A stretch of DNA of 64,000 bases, taken from positions 1 to 64,000 of IMG/VR virus record IMGVR_UViG_3300046782_000218; one strand, given 5' to 3'. The number at the start of each line of letters is the position of its first letter. Position 1 is the stretch's first letter. The notes below the pieces were generated by a model. The model saw only the letters and a list, made by a program, of their open reading frames with translations. It had not been told where the DNA came from and ran no database searches. The position numbers and the translations under genes were made by a program. Of the stretch, positions 9,432-18,469 are shown piece after piece. Source of the DNA: a virus.

Positions 9432-9885
9432 TGCTGTCCTGTCTTGTCGTCAGCTTCGGTATTGCCGGTTTGCAGGTACTGCACCGTGTCCTCTCGGACC
9501 TGTTGGGACGGCTCGCTGTTGTCAAGCTGAGCACACGCCCACTGTGACGCCGCAAACTCAAGCGCGGTAGCTTCCTTGACCACGTCAGCCCTCCTGTGTC
9601 AGATATTGCCGGATGTCTGCCAGGTCGGCAGCGGCCTGCTCAAGCTCCGCTGCCGTCTGGTCGGCCTGCTGGCTGAACTCGTCCTCGGTCACGCGTTGCC
9701 CAGGTCGTACCACAGGGTGTGGGCGGCTTCCCTGGCGTCGTCGATGGCCTTACGGAGGTTGTCCCGTTGCGTGGTCATCTCCTCCAGGTCGCTGCGGAGC
9801 TGGTCCCGCTCGTTCTCCAGGTCGGAGACGTCCCCCCGCAGGTCCCCGATGATGGTGTTGGGGTCCTCTTCCGAGTAGCTGGCCA

Positions 9886-10224
9886 TCAGAAACTCACTCC
9901 CATCAGGAAGAACTTGCCGCTGACGCTCTGGTAGATCTTGACCGGGACGCCGTCCACGAACACCTGGTCCGCCGAGGAGGAGCCCACACGGTCCGTGATG
10001 TCGAAAGTGTCGCTGAGGTCCGACAGCCACAAGACCTCGGTGTAGTTCTCCCCGGAGTAGTCGCACTTGTTGACGGCCAGCTCGATGTCCCCGGCAGCTT
10101 CCTGGATCTTCTCCAGGGCCGCTATCAGGTCGCCGATCCTGGCCGCACGTTCCGACTTGTGCGGCCAGACGTTCGTCTCGGGGTCGATGGAATCCTTGTC
10201 GCGCCAGCGACGCTCTGTGGCCAC
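9886..10224 (-). CDS. Hypothetical protein, first gene of the operon ending in purB
   Basis: AGGAGG RBS; promoter TTGTAC-N18-TAGAAT at 10278-10307. Confidence 0.6.
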   Translation of the reverse strand: MATERRWRDKDSIDPETNVWPHKSERAARIGDLIAALEKIQEAAGDIELAVNKCDYSGENYTEVLWLSDLSDTFDITDRVGSSSADQVFVDGVPVKIYQSVSGKFFLMGVSF

Positions 10225-10312
10225 TGCTGCCTCCTAAGCTTAGGGGACCGTCCGGGCTGGACGGTCCCCGTACTACCATTCTACCATGGGGCGTGTAGCT
10301 GGTACAAGCTTC

Positions 10313-11236
10313 CTAGCGTCCGGTGGACCCGAACCCGTTGGAGCCCCTGACCTTGTCCCGGGTGTTGCCCCACTTGGCGTTGAAGCCGAGGGCAGCGGTC
10401 GGGAGGAGGATGATCTGCGCGACCCGCTCACCAGCCGCCACCGTGACCGGCTCGGTGCTGAGGTTCTGGCAGCCCGCGAACAGGACCCCGGTGTAGCCGT
10501 TGTCGATGATCCCGGTGGACACGAGGAGCTTCCTCGCGCGGAGCGTGGAAGACCGGCCGGTGATCATGCCCCACAGGCCGTCCGGGAGGTCCACGGCCAC
10601 CCCCGTGGGGACGTCCACGAACTCACCCGGCTGGATGGTGGTGTCCTCCAGAGTGTACAGGTCGTAGCCCGCGTCGTCGTCGTGCCCCCGGGTCGGCAGC
10701 TTCGAGTTCACGTTGTACGCCTGGAAGATCAGGTCCCACGAGGGCTTGCTCTCGATGGAGGGAACCCGGCGGACGGACTTCTGCAGCTCGCCCATCAGTT
10801 CCGCTCGGCGCTGCAGCCAGTCGGCGACGTCGTACCGAGCGTTGGACGTCTCGGGGCTGACTACCAGTACGTTGGCATCACCGGCCCACCCGCTGATGGC
10901 CCAACTGTTGTTGGTCTCGTCGGTGGCGATCACCACGGGGGTGCAGTTGTTGCGGGCACGCTCGACCTCGGCCGGAACCCCGTAGGTCACCACGCCAGAG
11001 GGCAGGTACGCAAACAGCGCGTGGGCAGCGTCGAGCGCGAACTCGTTGATCTCGCTGATGAACCCGGCAGGGTCACCCTGACCCGGGATGAAGGCGCCGC
11101 CAGGCAGGTAGGTCGACCAGCCGCTCTGGCTCATGGCCTGCTGCAGCTCGCACAGGAACTGAACGTGCTTGTGGTTAGGCTCCGTACCGTAGTCGAGCGG
11201 CTGGGCCCAGTACAGGAGCTTGCTCGGGCTATTCAT
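10313..11236 (-). CDS. N-deoxyribosyltransferase/NMP-glycosidase-like domain fused to a trimeric dUTPase-family domain (DutZ-like)
   Basis: C-terminal dUTPase motifs DAGYDL, GRSS, GIIDNGYTG, ERVAQ, RGSNGFGSTG; N-terminal LYWAQP..TYLP..INEFALDAA..TYGVPAEVERA...PVV resembles the NDT/Rcl fold. Confidence 0.8.
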   Translation of the reverse strand: MNSPSKLLYWAQPLDYGTEPNHKHVQFLCELQQAMSQSGWSTYLPGGAFIPGQGDPAGFISEINEFALDAAHALFAYLPSGVVTYGVPAEVERARNNCTPVVIATDETNNSWAISGWAGDANVLVVSPETSNARYDVADWLQRRAELMGELQKSVRRVPSIESKPSWDLIFQAYNVNSKLPTRGHDDDAGYDLYTLEDTTIQPGEFVDVPTGVAVDLPDGLWGMITGRSSTLRARKLLVSTGIIDNGYTGVLFAGCQNLSTEPVTVAAGERVAQIILLPTAALGFNAKWGNTRDKVRGSNGFGSTGR

Positions 11237-11509
11237 CGGGTTTGACTCCTACCTAGTTGGATGGGCTGCCGGGCGGGGCGATTACCCGCCCGGCAGGGTG
11301 TCACGGAGTGTGCAGCTCGGTGTAGACAGTGAACTCAGAGCCCTCGTCGCCGCTGTCCTTCCAATCGGACTCGTCGACGTCCAGGGCCTTGCCTCGGGTG
11401 ATGAACAGCTCCCCGGGGTACCGCTCGATGGCTTTGCCCACCGCCAGCGCCTCGGCCGATGTCATACCCTGCTCGACCAAGAACGCCAGGAACTTCATCT
11501 CGCCCCTGG

Positions 11510-12037
11510 TCACGGCCACTGCCCGTACTGCCGGATGAATTGGGCCATGGCCGCGTAAATCATCAGGTCACGAAGCGTGTCAACACTGGGCGCGACTCCC
11601 CGGATCATGGCGTCGGCCACGCGCTGCATCTTTCCGTATGCATAGACGAAGCAGCCGAGTTCGAGCGCTTCGGCCGGTTCGACCTCGCGCCCCTGGCCTC
11701 GGGCGTACAACCTGCCCATGGCCGCCAGCGAATTGGAGCCGTACTCCCTGGCCTTGGCCGCGATGGTGGGAGCCTCGGTGGCTACCAGCTTGGTCCACCA
11801 CTCGTCGAACTCCACGGGGCTGATGCCCAGTTCCCGCCGTAGTTCCGCCTCGGTCAGGGCTTCCGGCACTCCCACCCTGAGAGGGTTAACCATCGTTCTG
11901 TCCAGCATCTCTTGGAGCTTGGCCCGGTTGTCCTCCGCCGGACGGGGGCCGGGACCTCCGCAGGACGGGCAGTTGGGGACTCCGAACACCGGCTCGGTCG
12001 GGTGTCTCGGGTCCGTGCATTTGATGCGTTCGGTCAT
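11510..12037 (-). CDS. DUF1599/Nmad1 all-alpha NTP pyrophosphatase-like protein (putative MazZ role)
   Basis: KAREYG ... GKMQR ... DTLRDLMIYA pattern; directly downstream of purZ. Confidence 0.7.
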   Translation of the reverse strand: MTERIKCTDPRHPTEPVFGVPNCPSCGGPGPRPAEDNRAKLQEMLDRTMVNPLRVGVPEALTEAELRRELGISPVEFDEWWTKLVATEAPTIAAKAREYGSNSLAAMGRLYARGQGREVEPAEALELGCFVYAYGKMQRVADAMIRGVAPSVDTLRDLMIYAAMAQFIRQYGQWP

Positions 12038-12049
12038 GTTGCCATGCTC

Positions 12050-13153
12050 CTATCGGAGGAAGATGCCAGTGGCCGGACCGGTGCCCACGAAGTTGACGTG
12101 GGTGCCGACGTTGGCCTGAGTGATGCCGACGAGGGACGCCAGCTGACGCGCCGTGTCGTTGTCTACCCGACTGGCGTCGGAAACGCCTGCCAGCTTCGGA
12201 ATCAGCGTGTCGACCATGGTGAGAGCCAGCTTGACGCCGATGCCGCCGTTGTCCTCGACGGCGTTGCACACCATCTCGTTGTCCCACTCGCCGACGCGGC
12301 GAACCTTGTTGGTGACCGTGGTGCGCTCCTCCGGCAGGCCCAGCTCTTCCCAGGTGGTCTCACCCTTGAGGGGACCGGAATTACCGGCCACGCGGATCGG
12401 CCGGACACGAGCCGCCAGCCACACCTGGAGCTGGTCGACCGAGTCGTGCCAGGGGCTGAGTCCCGCCATGGCCAGGAAGTCGATGGCCCGGCAGTCGGAC
12501 GAGGTGCACTGCGGGTACATCCCGGCGTGCGTTCCGAGTCCGTAACCCTGCGTCCCCTCGATCAGGACGGAGTAACCCTGTCGGAGCTGGCCGTACATCC
12601 ACGGGGCGGAGTCGAAGTCGCCGCCGAACAGCTCGGCCTTGCGCCACACCCGGTCGGCACGAGCGGCGCCGATGCCCTTCGCCGTCGAGCCCAGTCGCTT
12701 GACCAGGTCGGATTGCTGCTCGTCGAAGATGTGGTGGGGCTTGAGCAGTGTCGCCGATCGGTCCACGGACAGCCGACTCGACACGTCGTATCCCGCGCGG
12801 TCGAGGGCGTCCTTCTCGGCGTCGAGCACGGCCAGGTCGACCTCGGATCCGGCCGCGATCACCAGATGCGCGTTACGGTTGCTGACCGCTGCGACCGGCA
12901 CGGACCGCAGCTTCCACAGGTGCGCCGTACCGTCGGGGATGGCGACGCCGTCCAGGTTGGTCATGACCACGTGATTGGTCTCGTCCGGCTTGCACCCCGG
13001 AGGGCACTTGCCCACTACGGTGTGACCCGCGTTCGGTCCGGCCACGCGGACGGCCACCAGGTGGGCCTCCCGCTGCGACAGCTGGTCAGCAACAGAACCC
13101 TTTCCCTCGCTTCCCAGTTGACCGCCAGCCACTACGATGAGCTTTCCGCTCAT
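12050..13153 (-). CDS. purZ: PurZ (PurZ0-type) N6-succino-2-amino-deoxyadenylate synthase, a PurA paralog
   Basis: GGQLGSEGKG (Ser where PurA has catalytic Asp, GDEGKG), GPNAGHT, GSTAKGIG, IEGTQG, YPQCTS, RVAGNSG, ERTTVTNKVRRV, LTMVD; short archaeal-type length (367 aa). Confidence 0.88.
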   Translation of the reverse strand: MSGKLIVVAGGQLGSEGKGSVADQLSQREAHLVAVRVAGPNAGHTVVGKCPPGCKPDETNHVVMTNLDGVAIPDGTAHLWKLRSVPVAAVSNRNAHLVIAAGSEVDLAVLDAEKDALDRAGYDVSSRLSVDRSATLLKPHHIFDEQQSDLVKRLGSTAKGIGAARADRVWRKAELFGGDFDSAPWMYGQLRQGYSVLIEGTQGYGLGTHAGMYPQCTSSDCRAIDFLAMAGLSPWHDSVDQLQVWLAARVRPIRVAGNSGPLKGETTWEELGLPEERTTVTNKVRRVGEWDNEMVCNAVEDNGGIGVKLALTMVDTLIPKLAGVSDASRVDNDTARQLASLVGITQANVGTHVNFVGTGPATGIFLR

Positions 13154-13187
13154 TCTGTACCGCCTCTCTGTGTTCTGGTACTACACT

Positions 13188-13217
13188 ATTGTACCATGCC
13201 CCGCACACCCGGCACAA
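13188..13217 (-). promoter_or_regulatory. Promoter of the purZ operon
   Basis: TTGTGC-N18-TACAAT with extended TG. Confidence 0.7.
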
Positions 13218-13226
13218 GCCGGGCTG

Positions 13227-13721
13227 TCATTTGGCGTTACCCTGACGCACCTGCTTAACCCAGAAATATCCAAGGCACTCGCTGTCCTTTGAGTGACCTC
13301 CGTGGCCGTAGCTCTTCCAAGCCCGGAGCGGCATCTGCGGCGGCATGAAGGCCATCGTCTTGTACAGCTTCTTGTGGTGACCAGCAAGATACCGCCGCAT
13401 TGGCACTGCGGTACGGCGACAGATGTGCTTCATGGCACCGATGAGTTCCGAAGTCTGGAACTCCGACCCGATCTGCTGCCCCATCAGTTCGCCGTAAAGC
13501 TGAAATTTCTCGTACACTACCAGATCGATCTTGCCAGCGTCGGTAACCTCGATCAACATGTCGACCATACGGTCCGGCGTGGTCTCCCATGACCGCAGAC
13601 ACTGGTCCCCAGACCAGGTGGTTACTCCCACGTGAATGTCCCCAGGGTCAATGGACGTCCAGCGGTCCGGCAGCAGGTTGGGCAGCGGGAACTCGAGCGG
13701 GTCGTTTATCACTGTATCCAC
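13227..13721 (-). CDS. RuvC-like Holliday junction resolvase
   Basis: SIDPGDIHVG, VVYEKF, ELIG, H..DS acidic residues of the RNase H fold. Confidence 0.75.
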   Translation of the reverse strand: MDTVINDPLEFPLPNLLPDRWTSIDPGDIHVGVTTWSGDQCLRSWETTPDRMVDMLIEVTDAGKIDLVVYEKFQLYGELMGQQIGSEFQTSELIGAMKHICRRTAVPMRRYLAGHHKKLYKTMAFMPPQMPLRAWKSYGHGGHSKDSECLGYFWVKQVRQGNAK

Positions 13722-15079
13722 CCAAACACGAAGATTACGGTGCCGTCATCTTTTCGGGACGGCATCCAACCAGTTGACTCGTCCGCTTTGACTCGGTACA
13801 CCGCTTGTTTAATCTGGCTAGGGGGCTCTCCCGGTTTGGGGGCTAGTAGGCTCATCTCTGGGAACACCGGGCAGCAGTATTGAGACGATGGGTGGATTAC
13901 CCCCGGGTACTCGACCACGGTGCCGTCGAATGGGCCTCCTACCAACTCCGCACGGTCGTTCATCACCACGCCTGCTCTGACGGGATGTGGATGTAACGGA
14001 GAGCGTTGCCGTCCGGGGTAAGTCGGATGCTGGCCTGGCCAACCTCTCCCGGGACCATGTCAGGCCGGTAGAGGGCTATCTTGAGATCCGACAGGTTTAG
14101 TTCCGCGTTGAACGGGGCGCTAAGGCCCTGGTCCGGAACTGCAATCGCCCCGTCGTGCATAAGGGCCCATCCTGGCAGTTCGTACCGGTCGCCGTCCATC
14201 GGCCCACCGATGAACTCGGCCATCTTGCCCGCCAGGTGAAAACCCCAGTTGATGTTGGTCACGGAAGGTTCCTCCAATCCAGGTCCAGGCAGTACGCGGC
14301 CTCGACGGCCTTGCCCCAGTGCTCGGCGTCCGGGTGCTGGTAGTCGTAGCAGTTCAGGCACGGGCAACTGAAACCCGCACGGACGACGCGCCGCAGCTGT
14401 CCGAACGTATCGAAGTTGCTGGCCGCCACCGCGTCCGCCATCTGCTTTTGGAGGTCCTCCGTGGTGATCTCGATGATCTCGATCTCGTCGCTCATCAGTC
14501 GGTTCCTGTCAGGAAGGGGTTCATTTGGTCGCCCCTGCGGGGGTGGTCAGGCCGGTGGATCTTGTGACACTCGCATTCACAGTTGCAGCAGTGCGAACCG
14601 CGAGGGCAGTGCCGAGGGCAACCGGCGTGATTGCCCTCGGCACACTCGGAGATCAATCTCGCCACTGTCGCAGTCTCCACCGTCGGGTGCTGTGTCGGCA
14701 GCGGTTCCATACCCAGGTTACCGTGCCACACCGGTGACAATACCAGCGCAGACTCATCGCCTACGTCCCGGGCAGTCACCCGCTCGGTGACCCTGCCGGA
14801 TGGTCTTGCACGCCTGCGGCGGGTGCTGGGTGCAGCTGTTGGCCACTCGGTTTCGAGCAACCAGACCGCACGGCTCCTGAGTGCACGGGCACTCGTCCTC
14901 CAGCTGGTGACTGTCCCAGCTCCGGCCGATGTGCATCACGTCGTCCGAAGTTAGCCCCGGACATGTAACGTCCGGCTCGTTCTCCTCGGGATACTCCGCG
15001 TACGGGTTCCATAGGTGCTTGTGGTGTACGTCCGGATTCGAGCACTTGACCATCAGTCTGCCTGCGCTGTTGTCAAACA

Positions 15080-17391
15080 TCAGTGCTTGTCCCTCCAGCG
15101 ATCCGGGGAAATCCCCCAGGTCATCGTGCGGCCTCTGACGTTGAAGTATTTCTGGAACTCACGCTCACCGATGGCTGACACTTGTTCAGCTTCCTTGCGC
15201 CCTGCCTCGTCGGCTGTGTGCCTAGTCACCAGGCTGTCGTGTATCTGCAGCAACAGAACGCCAGGCATCTCGCGTTCAACAGCCAGCATCCATTTAACCA
15301 TCCCCCTCGCCAAATTACCTTGAATCACCTGGTTTACCGCGCTGTTGGTCTTCTCGCTGGGGCTGTACCAGCGTCGCCAGCCATCCAGCATGGTCAGATA
15401 CCCACACCCGCCCTGCCAGCGGGTGACCTTCTGGGTTGCCTGGTTGGTCAGACGCCGGAACTCAGGGTATTCGGTGAAGAAACTCTCCATTGCGTCCTTG
15501 GTGGCCTGCATCGAAATCGGTACGCCGGATGCGGCCTCGATCTGTTCCATCAGTGCCTTGACGCCACCGCCGTACAGGATGCCGAACGTGCCTCGCTTGG
15601 CTGCGTTACGCAGGTCGTAGAATTGCGGGTGGTCGGGGTCGACGCCGAACAACGCTTTGGCGTTCATCGCGTGCAGATCGGCCCCGGAGTCGAGGGCGTC
15701 CCAGAGCTTGGTACTGCCCGCGATTACGGTAACCACACGCATTTCGCCGGTAGCGAGGTCGTGCTCGTACAGGTCGTACCCGGGCTCATCTCCGATGATG
15801 CTCCGGATAGGCTCCGTGTCTTCCGGGATGAGTCGTCCGTGCGGGATGGCCTGGGCCTGCCAGCGGCCCACCGCGAGCCTCCCAGATACCGTCCCGCCCT
15901 TTCCGTCGCTGGCCCGGTCGAAATCGCCCTTGGTCTGCTTGTATCGAGTCCGGATACGACCATCCTTGCCGGTGCGCTTGGCCCAACCGGTATACCACTT
16001 GGAGTCGGAATTCCGGTTCTTGGTCCAGGCCATGAACTCCTGAGCCCACGGTCGCCCTTCGCTGACCAGTTTTCGCAGCTCGGTCAGGTCCAATTGAGGC
16101 TGTCGGGTCTTCTCGGTCCGGCTGGTCGGCTCCAGCCCCATGCCGTTCTTCCCGCCACATTCCGGGCACGACTTCTCGCACACCGTGGGGAACGTCAGAT
16201 CTTCCGCCCACGGGTCACCGCCACCGGGTGCAGGAACCTGCACATCCGCAGACCGGCTGCACGTCGGGCCGTAGTAGAACCGTTTGGCCTGCGCGATCTT
16301 GGAGGGATCGAACGGCATCACAGCTGCGATCTTGCGGTTGCGGACGCGAAGCTTCGCACCCTCGGCCAGCGACCGATCTACCGCGTAGTAGACGCCTCGA
16401 CGCTCCATGCGGTAGAGCGTGGTCCGAAGCTCCATCTCGTCCTTGACCAGATCCCAGAACTTGGGCAGTACCTCGCCGTTGTCAGCGCACGCCAGCTGAT
16501 ATTCCTTGAGACGCGCGGTCAGCTGGGTGTCTTTGGCCGCGTACTTTGACATCGCTCCGGCCCAGACGAGCAGATCGTATCGCTTGGTCATCTGAACGCC
16601 GACCTTGGAAAGCTCGTCTTTCAGTTCCTCGGCCTCGGTGCCCTCGTCTTCACCCCACAGCCGCTTAGCTGTTTTCTTGAGGGCAGCCGGTTCGAGCGGG
16701 TCGATGAGCTGTTTCTGAATGACCAGGGTGCACCAGATGGCGCGACGCCGAGTAGCCGGGTTGACCGGCGGCTCCAACGTAGGTTCCATCATGTTGAGCC
16801 GCTGGGGTTTGTTCAATTCCCAGGTACCCGGCTCACTGTCAGGGTCCCACGCCCCCCAGCCGTCCCAGATTTCGGGGTTGCTCCCTGCACCCGCGCGCAG
16901 ACCGGCTGCGAACATCGGCATATCGTGGATCGAGTTGTGCATGGTCAGGTTGTCGCGTCGGTCGAGCCATGCGATCAACTTCGCGTACTCGGTAGCGGGC
17001 AGGTTGGGTGCCGCGTCCGCCATGGTGATATCGCGGCCGAGGACCTTCGACATAGCGGCCAGGATGCGGTCCTGCTCGGCCTGGTCGATGATGGCGAATT
17101 CGGCATGACCTGTCTCCGGGTCAACGGTCGGCTTGCCCGGCTTGCCGATGAGCGGCCCCTGATCGAACGGCCACGCGAAGTCGAGCAGTTCGTTGGTCTC
17201 GGGGTCGCGGAAGCTGAGCGACACCACCGAAATTCGGGCCTCAGGCTGCGGCGGATTGTTTCCCGATTTGAACGGCTCACCGTCTCGAAAAAGGCCGGAC
17301 GCTAAGAGCCCTCCGTGTCGACGCTAACGTCCCACCCCGAGGGGAGTTCCGGCAGCTCGACGTCACCTACGCGGGTGAATTGGAGAGTCAT
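15080..17391 (-). CDS. Family A DNA polymerase (DpoZ candidate) with 3'-5' exonuclease; as given, interrupted by an 8-nt insertion at 17298-17305
   Basis: ExoI VDTEGS|GL, ExoII MHNSIHD, ExoIII YAAKD, motif A HDLATGEMR, motif B RNAAKRGTFGILYG, motif C QIHDS; the upstream fragment 17391-17306 joins in frame to the 15080-17227 ORF if GACGCTAA is removed. Confidence 0.88.
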
Positions 17392-17920
17392 TGGCATCAC
17401 CTACTTTCGTGTGAGGGCACGCGCCGTAGGCGTGCTTAGCGAAGTTGCAGTTGTGGCACAGAGTTTGGAACCCCTCAGGGTACCCGTTCTTGTTTAGCCA
17501 CCGGTAGGTTACCAGAGATCCGCCGCTAGAAGCTTTACCCCTGATCTCCTCCCGGTGTACGTTACCATCATTGTTTACATGGTCTATGCAGAGAAATTCC
17601 TCATGGCTTTCTCCGCAACAAGCGCACAATAGCCCGTATGCGTCCAACGCTGCCTTGCGGTACCGATAATGACGGTATTTGGCACCTCGGCGCATGTTAG
17701 CTTTTATGGACTCATGCTGCTCGGTGGTCATCTGTGACCTGCGCCACGTGGCTACGTTTTCTCGGTTGCAAACACGGCACACCCAAACCTTGCCGTTGTG
17801 GTACGCGTTCTCCTCGGTGCGAGGGTGTCCTTTCTGGCACTCTTGGTCCGGCGTTACCCCGCAGTAACACGATTTAGCCCGCTGGCCCCGCCAGACGTGC
17901 TCGTGTTGTTCTGTGGTCAT
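17363..17920 (-). CDS. HNH endonuclease with Zn-finger modules
   Basis: CQKGH..EN..CRVC; CACCG..LCIDHV..GFQTLCHNCN; promoter TTGACA-N17-TAAAAT at 17928-17956 implies a near-leaderless start at 17920. Confidence 0.8.
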   Translation of the reverse strand: MTTEQHEHVWRGQRAKSCYCGVTPDQECQKGHPRTEENAYHNGKVWVCRVCNRENVATWRRSQMTTEQHESIKANMRRGAKYRHYRYRKAALDAYGLLCACCGESHEEFLCIDHVNNDGNVHREEIRGKASSGGSLVTYRWLNKNGYPEGFQTLCHNCNFAKHAYGACPHTKVGDANDSPIHPRR

Positions 17921-18469
17921 ACCCCCTATTTTATCATACGGGGGACTCTGTGTCAACTACATGCGTTTAGCCGAAGATCGTCACGAAGATCAGCCCGAGG
18001 ACGGCCACCAGGCCGATCACGGCCAGCCCGAGTACCATGAAGCTGTCGGCCAGCGAGGCCAGCACCTTGGCCACGGCCTGGGCCTGCTGCAGGGCGGAAG
18101 GTCGAGCGGGCTGGTTGATGACGGGCCCAGGAACTCCGGGGCCGGTGCGTATCAGGGTCATTTCATCCACCTATGAATTGGGGGCACTATTCAAGTTGAT
18201 GAATAGCGCCCCCAGTAAAACACGTCAAATAAACCTGACGCAAGTCCTACGGTGTCACCCGAACAGGTGATGCCAGGCCAGCGCGGTGCCGATCGTAAGG
18301 AACCCGATGGATGCCAGCAGCGAGACTGCCAGTACGGCCAGGAACCCGGCAACGTTCTTGACGCCGGTCCAGACCTTGTTGGTGGGGGGATTGAAGGTAG
18401 CGCATCCGCCGCAGCAGGCGCACCTCGGGCTAATCTGGACCAGAGGCTCGGCTACCTCGGTCATGGTGG

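Noticed and set aside
12050-13153. Ordinary purA auxiliary metabolic gene, paired with purB for AMP synthesis
   Set aside because: The catalytic Asp is replaced by Ser and the neighbours are dNTP-pool enzymes. PurZ fits better, although it is not biochemically proven.
17227-17956. Group I intron with an HNH ORF interrupting the polymerase
   Set aside because: The missing polymerase N-terminus lies downstream of the HNH (17391-17306) and the HNH has its own promoter. The only break is the 8-nt insert.
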